In this document: one piece after another, positions 46,926 through 59,140 of the stretch
Position numbering within the stretch: the first letter of the stretch is position 1
Layout of the letters: every line of letters begins with the position of its first letter
Assembly: GCF_006345805.1 (NCBI RefSeq)
Contig: NC_043007.1
Span: 43,338,001 to 43,402,000, forward strand
Reading direction: 5' to 3'
DNA: 64,000 bases
Source of the DNA: Octopus sinensis
Lineage: Eukaryota
Notes under the pieces: generated by a model
Seen by the model: only the letters and a program-made list of their open reading frames with translations
Told to the model about the DNA's origin: nothing
The model's database searches: none
Made by a program: the position numbers and the translations under genes

Positions 46926-47590
46926 GTATGTCATCATTATTTTATACACATTATTTTACTATCTTCTAGTGATATAGCCTTTGACAGAGCTATCCTCCTA
47001 TCATAGCTTGAAACAAGCCAGTTTTAGTTTTGAACTTGATGTGATGCATTGTCAAGAAACCAAGTTCATGCATAAAGGTCATGGGCAATTGAAGTACATC
47101 AATAGTTCAGCCTTTGTTGCTTTGCAGCCAGTAAATTACCATAATCAAATTAATCAAATATAAATATCTCTCTGTCACTAAGATTGGCTGAAGTTTTCAA
47201 GAGTTACAGACTTACAGTCGATAACATTCCTTCTTATTGAAGCTATGTAGAACTATATTTTTTAATGTTTCCTCTCCTTATTAAGATGCTAAGGTGTCAT
47301 TTAAAGGAGAAATTGTTAATATCATTATTTTCATTTTCAAAGTACAGGCACTGATTAAGATGCACAATCCTTGCAAATTGAATCTGCCAGTTGGTTTTCC
47401 AGTCACTGTTTGAATTCTGTTGCTTCATTCATTTTACAAATAACTTTGGGGTAGCATAATGTTATATTCTCATATTCTCTAAAAAAAAAATCTGTCTTCA
47501 TGCTTTTGATAGGAGTAAAAATGCATAACTAGTAAATTATATATATTAAATGTATTTGTTTATTTACATCTCTGACATTTTCATTTACAG

Positions 47591-47737
47591 ACTGTTTTGG
47601 ATTCAATGGACAACATTGAGGCATTCACTAAAGCTGTTAGTGACTACGATTCCATATCTCGGCTAGACCAATGGCTGACGATGATTTTCTTGAGAATCAA
47701 GAATAAAATCACAGAAGAGGAGGAGAACATTTGTTAA
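47591..47737 (+). CDS. NAPA: alpha-SNAP exon 9, terminal coding (147 nt)
   Basis: atttacag| [48 protein letters not shown]. The exon lengths sum to 882 nt = 293 aa plus stop, and the phases are consistent. Confidence 0.93.
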   Translation, partial: TVLDSMDNIEAFTKAVSDYDSISRLDQWLTMIFLRIKNKITEEEENIC

Positions 47738-49789
47738 AACTTCTAGGATGTTTTCCTTGTTGACTGTTAGTTTTTAACCCTCTTCCTTATTACCTCCTTT
47801 TTTCAACAAACACATTCTCTTCCACTCCCATCATTTCTTTAATTTTAGGGTAGGAATTAGTTATACTATCCTAAGCACCCCTCTCCCTTATGCAATTAAA
47901 CTATTACAGAGAAGTTTGTTATCAGTATACCCCTTTCACTGTATTCTGTAAGATTAGGCTACTAGTAATCCTTTGAGATCCTACTTTCTAATCTAATCTT
48001 TGTTACTTGATGCTATTTTTAAAATCTCTTTCTTTCTCTCTCATATATATATGAAGATATTTTGAGTCAGCACAAAAAGAGTTCAGAATTAATATTGATC
48101 AGTAAAAAGTTTTGAAACTTTTGTGATTTTTGTGATTTTGTGATTCTGATTCTGGATAGCTGGGATGATCAGATGAACTAAATAAAATGTATATCTGGTA
48201 TCCAGCAAACATTGTTAAGGATTCTGAACAAACTGGACATTTGATTAAGCAATGGATGCCTTGTGCTTGAATTTTCTAGCTTGATTTGTTTGAGAGGAGT
48301 TCAGGAAAACAAATGCAATTGATTAGCTATCCATGGGGTGTCTTCCTCTTGTTTATAATGCTGTGGAAGCTGGGGTAACTCCAAGCTCCAAGCCTGCATA
48401 GCTTAAAATAATAGAAATAATATATATTTATATGTATGAATATATATATATGTGTGTGTGTGTGTGTCTGTGTATCTATATATATGTATACACACATACA
48501 AAGTATTCCTGCCCTTTTAGGTCACAGGTTAATCACTGCTTGAATACCTAACTTCTACTTGAATTATATTTGTACTGTGAATTTTTTTGCTTTTTTTCAT
48601 CATTATTTTAATAATGTAAAGGTTGAATGGAAATACTCACTGTGTCCTAACATTTGTTTCCCATCCCTTGTTTCTAAAGGGAAAGCTAAGAAAGCTATGA
48701 ATACTTACAAACCGTTACCTAGTTTAACACAGCTACCTGCCTCTGTATGTCTTTAGTGAAATACACTCTGTCACAAGTATTTAAGATAGGTTTCCACTTT
48801 GAGAATACCTAGCACTTCCTTCCCTCCAGTCTTGGAGGCTCTGGAAACAATCATACACATTTCCCTTTCTCTTGACTAAGCACTGAAAACAAAATTGTCC
48901 CAGAAATAATTCTAACTTGAGTGTTGAGGAATGATGGTGGTAAAAGTGATAGTAGTGGTGAATCAGTTATGGGGAGGGGGGTTGAATCTTTCTCCCACTA
49001 ACCCCGCAGTTCAGGATAGAGAAATTAAGATCAAGGAAGATAACTTAAGTATTTGACAATGATTTTTTTTGTGTGTGTGTATGTGTGGTTAGCCGTATGA
49101 GTTTATGAATTTCCTTCCCCCTACCTCTTATTTCTGTGAACACTTTGTTTGATATCAAAGAAAATTTGTATCTTTTGTCAACCAAATTTCTCCATTCTTC
49201 TGAAGAATCATTCCTCTATATTTAATTCATTGAGTTATCTATTATTTCTTTTTAAATTTTAAATTTTCTTTTTGCATCCAGTGTTTCTATGGCTTTTCTT
49301 TGAATAAAACATGGAAACTGCTTTTAGCATTGCATTAGATAAGCCTACATTGACACTGGGATTTTGTTTTTATTGTATTGTTTGTTTTTTTTTCTATCTC
49401 AGTGTGCTCATCTGCAATTAGCATGCATGAATATGTGTGCATGGTTAGTGTGTATATTAATGCAGATTTATATTTGCCTTGCAAACAAGCTAGCAACAGA
49501 TGCATTGCTCTGTGCTGGATCACATTGGAAAAATGGAGAAGGTTTCTGGTGCCATCGTAAAACAAGACATTCATAGCAATGAGACAAGGCTTATTTTGGA
49601 GCTTCATGTCTTTGCTTAATTCAACTCATAGTGTCACACATTATATATACATATATATATATATATACATACACACACACACACACCATGCAATAATGTA
49701 CACTACATGAAACATGACCGTCTCTTATGGCTTTTGGTGTTTATAATGTTACCTGTTGGTTAACATACCCTTCAAAGGCTGAGCTTTTG

Positions 49790-50309
49790 AATATTGGGTA
49801 TATATATATATAGATATGTATGTATATTTATCTGTGTGTACATATATATGCATGTATATTTATGTGTATATATATGCATCTGTATTTATATATATATATA
49901 TATGCATCTATGTGCATATATGCATCTATGTATATATATATTGTATGTATGTAAATATATATGCATGCATATATATATTGTATGTATGTAAATATATATG
50001 CATGTATATGTTTATATATTGTATGTGTGTATGTAAATATATCTATGTATATATTTATACATTGTATGTAAATATATATGTATGTATATATTTATATATT
50101 GTATGTGTGTATGTAAATATATGTATATATTTATATATTGTATGTCGGTCCAACCCATGCTAGCATGGAAAACGGATGCTAAACGATGATGATGATGATG
50201 ATGATGATGTATGTGTGTATGTATATATGTATATATATATATGTGTGTATTTATGTATATGAAAGTATGTGTTAGTGTGTGTGTGCGTATGTTTGTATGT
50301 GTGTGTGTG

Positions 50310-50398
<89 letters not shown>

Positions 50399-50970
50399 CG
50401 TATACACATACAGGCATGCACATATACATATAATTACAAAGTTTCATTATCCTGTAAAGTTTAACCATCTTTTTGAATGAAAAACTTCTGAAAATGAAAG
50501 TAGTACTACATACACCTCCCCACACACTCACACAATCATATATAATCAAACTCCAATGGGGCTGGTGTTGTTCTGCAATGGCAAACCGTATGTTATGTAG
50601 TGGAATTGATAAAAAGAGTATGGTGGACTTGCCATGAAGAGTGGAAAATCCTTTGTTTTAGTCAAAGACCTTCTTCAGGGAAAAAGTTGAAAGGAGAGAA
50701 ATTAATGAGAGACAGCAGTCTTACTTCTACTAAGTTGCAGCCAGGTTTTTTTTTGGGGGGGGGGGTTCTTTTTAAGTTAGAGTAAGTAAGACTGTTGTAT
50801 CTCAGTAATTTCTCTCCTTTCAACTTTTCCCCTCACAGCAAGTTCACTGTACTCTTTGTATCAAGTCCACTGTGTGTATATGTATGCATGTATGTATATA
50901 TATATATATATAATATATATATATATAAAAATGTGTGTGTGTATGTATATATATATATGTGTATGTATTA

Positions 50971-51044
<74 letters not shown>

Positions 51045-51056
51045 TTGTGTGTGTGT

Positions 51057-51098
<42 letters not shown>

Positions 51099-51125
51099 AA
51101 TGTGTGTGTGTATATGTATACACAC
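49790..51125. repeat. Compound (TA)n/(TG)n/(TATG)n low-complexity region
   Basis: Directly visible; explains the YIYI/CVCV-type spurious ORFs. Confidence 0.95.
50677..50833. repeat. ~57-bp inverted repeat around a T/G-run spacer
   Basis: agggaaaaagttgaaaggagagaaattaatgagagacagcagtcttac versus gtaagactgttgtatctcagtaatttctctcctttcaacttttcccct. Confidence 0.8.
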
Positions 51126-52239
51126 ATTTTGGCCCATAGATTTTCAGAAATTAGTTAGCAATCCATGTGAGAACGCTGTATTTTTTTCTTTTGTGTGTGT
51201 GTCTGTGTGTTTGTTTAGATTTAATTGAATTCACAGTTATATTGATCTGCGAATATAATTTTCCAGTCTATTTTTGCACCTATTTAGAATCTATGTTGTG
51301 TTATTTCATCTTTTTCTCTACTAATTCTTTGTCATATTCTCAGTTAATGACTGTATGAAATGGGCCACTGTAATTTTCTGTGAATAAATATGTTGTTTTA
51401 GTGTATGTTCAACCTGAAAAATATCATTTTAATGATTTGATAATATGAGAAAAATTTCTTTTCATTTGGTACAAAGTCAGTGTTTTTATGTGGGAGGGGT
51501 ATTGCTAATTAAATTAACTTCAGTTTATTCATGGTATGTATTTTATCAGATCAAACATGTATAAAAGATGAAGTTGGTCCTGGCAGTTTTTGATCTCAGG
51601 AAGTACAATAACAAAATGTAATACTGAGAAGTGTTTAATCCAGTACTCTACCGTTGTTGCTCATTCTTCCCTTCAATTGAAATCTTCTGGAATTATACCC
51701 AGGACCATTGGAAAACATAGTCTGCTTACTTATTGTTTAGTTTTTACTTAGTCCAAATATGCTATTGTTGACTAACTAAAATACTTGATCATATTCATAC
51801 AGTTCATAAGACTGGTCATTAGTCAATAGTATCCACTGCTTTTTGTCATGTATATATTTAGCTGTCACTGCCAGATGTTATCAGTCACGTGCTAAGAATT
51901 TAAGACAGTGATTTAAACCCCTTAAAATTCCATATGAAAGTGTAGTTACCGGAGTATCAAGTTGTATGATTATGTGTTGGATGATTATATTGTCATCGTT
52001 TTAGCATCCATGCTTCCATGGGTCAAATTGAAATTTGTTGAGACAAATTTTCTATTGCCAGATGCACTTCCTTTGGTAACCCACTCCTATTTCCAAGTGC
52101 TCTTGTCAATCAAACGAGCAGCACAAAGGTTGAACATGTTTTCGTGGAAGATTACAAACGAATGACATTTCTTGTATGATGGCCACTTTCATTTAAAATT
52201 AGCACATGATGTGATAAGGAGACACTAACACACATGCGT

Positions 52240-52291
<52 letters not shown>

Positions 52292-52789
52292 CCTCTGTAT
52301 TATGAAAGTAATGTGTTCCTGAAACACCTGGCATAACACAAAATCCATAATACAAGCTTTAGTTTCCCATTGATTTCCATATAAAGTGATAATGCTTTCT
52401 GACGGAATTTTTATGAAAATAAAACAAAAACCAACGTGATCACTTTTATATGCATGAAAGTAACAGTCATAGTACAATATGTATATATAAAAAAACACTT
52501 GAAGAGAAATATGTTAGGGAATAAATAATAATTGCAATATCATTATAGGGTATATTCTTACCACAAAAGTTGTTGATATGTTGACTAGCATGTGAAGGAT
52601 GGTGGTGGAATGAGAGATAATGGGAGGATGAGGGACACTATTTTCTATGCCATAAAGTTATCAACATCTACTTGAGGGGCAAGGAGTTATCCAAAATTAT
52701 TTGGTGTTTATGGCATGTGATTTCTTTGTATAACTTGATGTAAGAATGGAGTTCTTTGTAAACTCTGCTTTTAATTTTTAGGTTATATT

Positions 52790-53080
52790 CACAAATAGGG
52801 TTGTTGGCAAAAATTTGCAGACTTTCCTCTCTAATTGCCAACCCTTTACAGTGAATTTAAGTGGATTTGGTGGAATTTCTGTATTCTCAGCTTTCTCATG
52901 TTCTTACACTATCAGCTCTTCATTAGATAAACTTTCCGTGTTGGACACAAGTAATTCAACCATACCAATGTCTATAACTTCTACAAACCTTACATTATTT
53001 GCAAGTGTCACAATATCTTTCTAAATTTGATGTAGACTTTTTGCTTGTGGAAAACTTGTAAAATCATAGTTACAGTCTAT
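52790..53080 (-). mobile_element. Possible pogo/Tigger transposase C-terminal relic
   Basis: YDFTSF..KDIVTLANNVRFVEVIDIGMVELLVSNTESLSNEELI resembles the recalled F.GF...IV.LA...GF.EV...DI.ELL.S....LS.EEL pattern. Confidence 0.45.
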
Positions 53081-54789
53081 CCATATACTTTTTCACATAG
53101 ACACACACATGCATATGACTTCTTTCAATTTCTGCCTAACAAATCCACTCATAAGGCTTCAGCTGGCCTTGGGATATAGAAGATATTACCCAAAGTGGCT
53201 ATATTGTAGGACTGAATCATTTTGTAGGGAATTAAGCTTCTCAGCCATGCAGCCATACCTGCACCTAAGCACGAGATTTTAAAATCAAGGAAGGAAATAT
53301 GATGTAATTTCTAACATGGGTATAAAGCCACAATTCTGGAGGACAGATCAGTTAAAACGTCAACCAAAGTACTTGACTACTTCATTTTACCATTTTGTAG
53401 AAGGAAGAAAGTCAAATGTAATCTCAAGGGAAACGAAATGGGAGTGTGTATGTGGGTGGGTACATATTTTGTCAGACAAATGATTCTGCTAATTTTTTTT
53501 TTTATTTAAATATGACAATAATAATTATAATAATAATAGTTGGGTTTTAAAGGAAAGAAACAGTATTTTAAGTTGTGATGATGAATATAATAATAAAAAA
53601 ATTGTTAATAACGATGCTTGCTAACAATATACAATAATGATAATGATTGTAATAATCCTGAAATAATGATTAAATTGATAATGACTGTATTCTAACATGG
53701 TCACACTCTAGCTGAAACAAGCAAAAGTAAAAAAAAATCTATAAATGATTACGAGGTAAAATAATTTTTCATCCACTCAATTTCACTTATTCTTTGTCCC
53801 TTCACCCACCTCAGTAAATCTGTAGAAATTCATTCCCATTAGAAGTGAAATGTCCAAGTATATAATAATATTGCACCATGCTAACTTCTCCCTTATTGTG
53901 GATCCCAATTAACAAAGCTATCTAGCCTTCAATTGAAGATAAAAATGATTGCCCAAATATTAACAGCTTGTATCGTTATTTTGTTCTTTATAACAAAAGA
54001 TTTGTGTCACAGTTTAGTATTCCTTTTTCTTCCTCTCTTTCCTAACCTATTTAGTTTTATCACATATTATCTTGTATTAACACACATTTGTTCTTTCTCA
54101 TATATCCACTCACTAACCCACAACAGATTCTCTCTTCATTTTCTCCCTAATTTTGCATCTACTCTCTTTCTTCTCTATCTGAATAATTTTGCCCTTCCAA
54201 CATTTTTTCCTCCCTTTGTTCTTTGTTATGCTCTCAGACCTACAGTAGTCGAGATGTTTGGTGCTATCAACATTATGTAATCTACACTAAAAAAAATATT
54301 TCTGTCAAATGTTGAAAAGTTATGTGGAAACAAACTCAACGGAAGGAAGAATAATCTGTTACATCAAAAATGTTATTAACATGTTCTGTGCTCTCAAAAA
54401 CGTATCTCTGCAAAATTTTATTAAAATATTCAAGCCTATTACAAACAAAATGATATTAGCAGCTGATTAACAGAAGTCAAAGTGAAGTCCTAAACTTAAG
54501 AATCAGCCAATTTCCTTCAAGATTACTGTATACAGAAAAACTAAAATGGACAGGTCAGTTTGCAAGGTTGTTTTGAAAACTTTTTCTATCACAATGTTAA
54601 CTCAAATATCAAATGTCAGGTATACTTTGATATCCTATCCATCTTTAGTTACCTTATAATACCCAACATGTTAAATTACACTGACAGATCATCGACCAAC
54701 TACAAGGGAAATAAATTTCCTAAAATTTATTTTTCTCAGAAAATCATAATCAATGAACAGCTGGTAAACAAATAAAACTTAGAAGCCCA

Positions 54790-56196
54790 TTTACAGGACA
54801 GTTTCAATGATGAAGAATACTTTGGAGAGAGTGAGAAAAGGGGATCCAGTGAAAGAAAATTGGTATATGCTTAAGTCAGAGAGGGGTATTATATGGTGTG
54901 ATGCCAGTAGCATAGTGATAGTTATCCTGGAATTTGGAGAAGTTGAGGCAGAGGATGCATCCTGGTTTAAAAAAGATGACTGCAACCATATCAATACAGC
55001 TGAAATGGATATTATGTTCAAGGAAATAAATAAATAAATTTAGCTTTGGAGTTGGGGTTGTGTGATGTCTAAATTCAAACTGATTCAGCTACTTTGTTTG
55101 GGTAGTAATTACCTGTGAAAAGATAATCCAAACCAAGGGAGTTACAGTGATTATTGTCAAGTGATGCCTGGGGATCCTAGGAAAATTAATAAAAAAGTGA
55201 TCTGCAGCTGCAAGTAGTCCTTGTTCTCTCAGAGAAAATAAGGCAGATGTTCTTACTAGGGCAAGGAATACCTGGATTGAGGTTCCACAGGATTTAGAGA
55301 GGGGAGTGATTATAGTATGCTAGTGGGTGGATAGAAGATTATTTTTGGCCAGAAAGGTTGACATTAGTGTCACTAGGGGAGTCTAGAAGCAGTGACAGTC
55401 GATTGACCTTACTCCAAGTGTGCATGAGATTTGAAGGTGAAGCAGTTGATAGTGGATATGACACTATCAGCAAGAGTTGTACCTCACCATGATTGACTGG
55501 GTCTGGGCAAGTAGCAATATGAAGTGTAAGGTAGAGGTTGCAGCTGAAATTACTAGAGTTCTGAATGAGATACTTTTAGAGAAAGGGTTTCAGTGGATGG
55601 GCTACTGGTGGACAATGGTCCTGCATTTCTTTCAGAGATGCTGGGCAAGTGGAAGGTCAGACATTACTTTAGAGTTGCATATAGGTCAGACAGAAAGGGA
55701 ATCATAGAGAGACACCATCGAACAATCAAAGCCATTGTCAAAACAGTGTATTTCCCTGATAGAGGCAGTTTTCTGATACATGTCACCTTGATCAGGCTGA
55801 GCAGAGGAGTTGATACCCCAGAGAGCTGTGTTCTAGCCTGAGTGGTATTGTACCACACATCCAAGTACAGTACCAGCAGGTATTGCAGGAGAGGAAGGTC
55901 TTGCATCTGTTAAGATCAGAGATGAAATTAGCATCAGTCATCCTTCCTTACCCCTATGGGGACACCATCCCTGTAGAAGGGAAGAGCAACTGATGCTAAT
56001 TCTCAGAATAACATTTTTGTTGAGAGGATTTGTGTCACATATTGGATATCCATAAAGTGATCAGTACATTAGATGATGAAGCTAATGATGACAGATGAGA
56101 AGAATCCAAGACCAGTACTGCATTCTGTGAAGGTTGCAGAGGGAGTGGCATCTACCTTTCTGGATGAGTGACAATGAGATATTGAGGGAAGAGGGG
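54790..56196 (+). mobile_element. Decayed Gypsy-like pol fragment (RNase H + integrase) with polypurine tract
   Basis: WCDASSI...EDASW..KDDCNHINTAEM; LVDNGPAF...RVAYR...GIIERHHRTIK; PPT GAGGGAAGAGGGG at 56184-56196. Confidence 0.8.
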
Positions 56197-56538
56197 TTTA
56201 GGCTAGATTTTTCACTTGCAAATAGATAGAAATAAGTTGGGAGGAGGAGGGCGTGTTTAGTTTGTAGATTTTCCAGGTTTGTGTCTGTAGCAGTTTTTAG
56301 TGCATGAAGTAATCTTAAGTTCAGAGAAGCATGTGATGTTATGAGATAGTGGGTGAGATGGAGAATGGTGATATTAGTTGTATATAGGGGACCTTTTTTA
56401 TGTTGTTGGAAACATGTTGCCAGTGAATGGCCTTTGTGTGCAGCAGTCTTCTTTTGCAATGTGACCTGGTGCCTCTTTCTCCTGTGGTTAAAGTAAGGGC
56501 AAATTGCTTTTTCTTTCTTCACCTAATTCTCACCTACA
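56197..56538 (+). mobile_element. 3' LTR of the Gypsy-like element (342 bp)
   Basis: Starts immediately after the PPT; TTTAGG...CCTACA termini (one mismatch from TGTAGG). Confidence 0.65.
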
Positions 56539-57149
56539 ATTTTATATTGATAAAGTTTTTATAAATCAGAATTGATTTCAGCAGTTATGCCAATAAAAAT
56601 ATATAAAAGTAAGCCCCTATTTAACTATTTTATGATTTCCAGAATCCCAAACTCGGCACCTACCACTGAGGAAGCACAGTGTGCTGAAATCATATGATCT
56701 GATGGCTCTAGTATCCATTCCAGACAATTCTCCTCTGCTATATGTGTACTTTTAAGTATCATGTACCTACTTGAGAGGTACTCTCAGGGTGAATGCTTTA
56801 GAATCCCAAAAGGTTGCTTAATATGTCCTCTTCTACTAGTCCTATTAAATGCCAATATGACTGTTAATAACTGTTAATTTACATAGAGATAACCAGAAGC
56901 AGAACAGGGAAGAAAATTTCCCTTAAATAACACACTACTGTCTCAAACATGGGGAGGACACATTAAATAAAGTAATCATACATAGCCTTGCCTTTGATAA
57001 TGTCTACTTTATCAGAGTTGATTTGGGGCTAGAGAAGAAGTGGAGAATAGCATTTAGTTAGGTATTTGAATTGTGTTCATTTTTCTACATCCAATGGCAA
57101 TAAGTCACTGGCAAAGGACATAGCATATTGTTACATCCTTGATGATATG

Positions 57150-57620
57150 CCACGTCCTTGACAATACACTGTGTACTTGGCCAGTTATGAGTGGTGCCTG
57201 AAGGACGAAGGGTCTTCACATGTAATCTCGTGGAAGATCCTAGAAAAACCAGGCCACTACATCAATGGAAGCAAGCATTGGAAGCTGTGCATAGATAAAT
57301 GAGCGAGAATATTAAAGAACTCCCTTGACTCGGAGAACTTCTTGAATTCCATGACCTTTTTGGACCCTGCTTACACTTCAGAATATTCCTACTGAAGTCC
57401 TGGGACTCACAAGCTGACCAGGTCGATTAGAGAAAGTGGTATAAGGAGAGACGATCCCTTGCGCTTAACCCGTCTCCTTTGTCCGTGTGTTCAACACCTA
57501 TCTACAACGTCTCTTCTTTCTCCTCTTTGGAGAGAGGTTATACGCCATCGGTAATTAGGGTCTGAAAAGACTCTGTAAAGCCATGTGCTTTATGAACATG
57601 AAACCCAGGGTAACCCCATA
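57150..57620 (+). mobile_element. Penelope-like element 3' relic (GIY-YIG endonuclease C-terminus) followed by a hammerhead-like motif
   Basis: LASYEWCLKDEGSSHVISWKILEK..(P)YINGSKH(C)KLCID resembles the recalled LS.Y.W.LK.....I.WKIL....PY.....C.LC PLE motif. GGGT-CTGAAAA...GAAACCCAGGGTA-ACCC at 57558-57616. Confidence 0.6.
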
Positions 57621-58115
57621 GACTGGCCATAACTATCTTTATCTAATTACTCTACTGCTCTATAGCTTAGAGTGTACTTCTTTTTCGGCTTTATGATTCA
57701 CTGATGATACATACATATATGCATACATACATATATGTGTGTGTGTTTGTCCTCCCAGTATCGGTGTTGGTGTGTTTGCGTCCCCATAACCTCGCGGTTT
57801 GGCAGAAAAATCCGATAGAATAAGTACCAGGCTTTAAAAAAATAAGTCCTGGGATGGATTTGTTCGACTAAAACCCTTCAAGGCGGTGCTCCAGCGTGGC
57901 CGCAGTCAAATGACTGAAACAAGTAAAAGATAAAAGCTGTGAGAAACCTCGAGAACAGTTCTTCACGTAACCAGTTATACCCGATTTACTAGATGAGTTC
58001 TCTCCCTTGAAAGTTCTCACGAACAAAATTATCTCATTTACAACACAAAGAAAACTAATAACCAAATATTTGATTATTTTCCTTTTCCCGATTCATTTTT
58101 TTTTTACTCAGATAC

Positions 58116-58211
58116 ATGGATGTTTCACGGGACTTTACCTTAGCACCTAACACAGGTTATCGATTAATAAAGCGAACATTACAAGCCGAAGATATTAGTT
58201 TACTGCGCAAT
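58116..58211 (+). CDS. EFCAB11: EFCAB11-like gene, first coding exon (exon starts 58112; 96 coding nt)
   Basis: Polypyrimidine tract + CAG acceptor at 58111; MDVSRDFTLAPNTGYRLIKRTLQAEDISLLRN; strong phase-0 donor |GTAAGT in frame with the next exon. Confidence 0.65.
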
Positions 58212-58519
58212 GTAAGTATCCATAGCAACAGTTGGTAAAATTCCAACGAAGAATCTGTTAAGTGTTTACTAATTCTGTGAGAATCTTTTGAGATCCAACT
58301 TTTATTTGTACCAAAATATATACAAATATATAAACTTTCAGGGTTGTTTATATCACGATTTTTCAAAATTGAGGAACAAGTGTTAGATAAACAGGTGAAG
58401 GTAACAAGTGCAGGGCGGAAAAGATGAAGCTTCGTCCTTTTAAATTTTGTCATTGGCAAAGTTTTGAGTTTTAGAGAAGGGACTCTCTTTGAATTTTGTG
58501 TGTAAGCATTCCTACACAT

Positions 58520-59040
58520 TTGCCTCCACCGCCCGATTTTGTTTTTTCATAACTTTCAGAAAAATGGATATATTTTAAATTAAATTTTCTATAAATATGC
58601 TTCAGATTGTATAGATTCCGATTATATCGGAATTTGTTGTGAAAAAATTTTCTGTGGGTGGAAAGAGGATTTTCAGAAAATTCACACGAGTTGGCTTTGT
58701 TTCCTTATAGCTTTCAGAAAAAGGGATATTTTTTAATGACAATTTTGTATGTGTACGATCCACCCCCCATATTAAATTCCGATATAACCGTAATCTACTC
58801 ACTGAAAGGTATTTATAGAAAATTTCATAAAAAATTACCTATTTTTTCCTGGAAGTTATAAGTAAAGAAAGCCGTCTCACGGGAATTTTCCGAAACTCCT
58901 CACCCAACCCCCAGAAAAAGTTTTTACACCACATATTCTATTATAATTAATATGTACACCGACTGAAGAGTATTCTTTAAAATTTTCATTAAAAAATATC
59001 CATTTTCCTGGAAGTTATGAGGCAACAAATCGGTGGGGCA
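58520..59040. repeat. ~157-bp repeat family, plus units followed by minus units (foldback), in an EFCAB11-like intron
   Basis: cataactttcagaaaaatggatata and gaggattttcagaaaattcacacgag on +; aaatatccattttcctggaagttatgagg as the reverse complement. Confidence 0.7.
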
Positions 59041-59140
59041 CACATCTGGAGGTATGACATATACAAACTGGATAAATAAAACTCAAATATACTCATGTGA
59101 GTGTATTTATTTTTAGTCGGCAGGAGATGCAAAGAAACTC

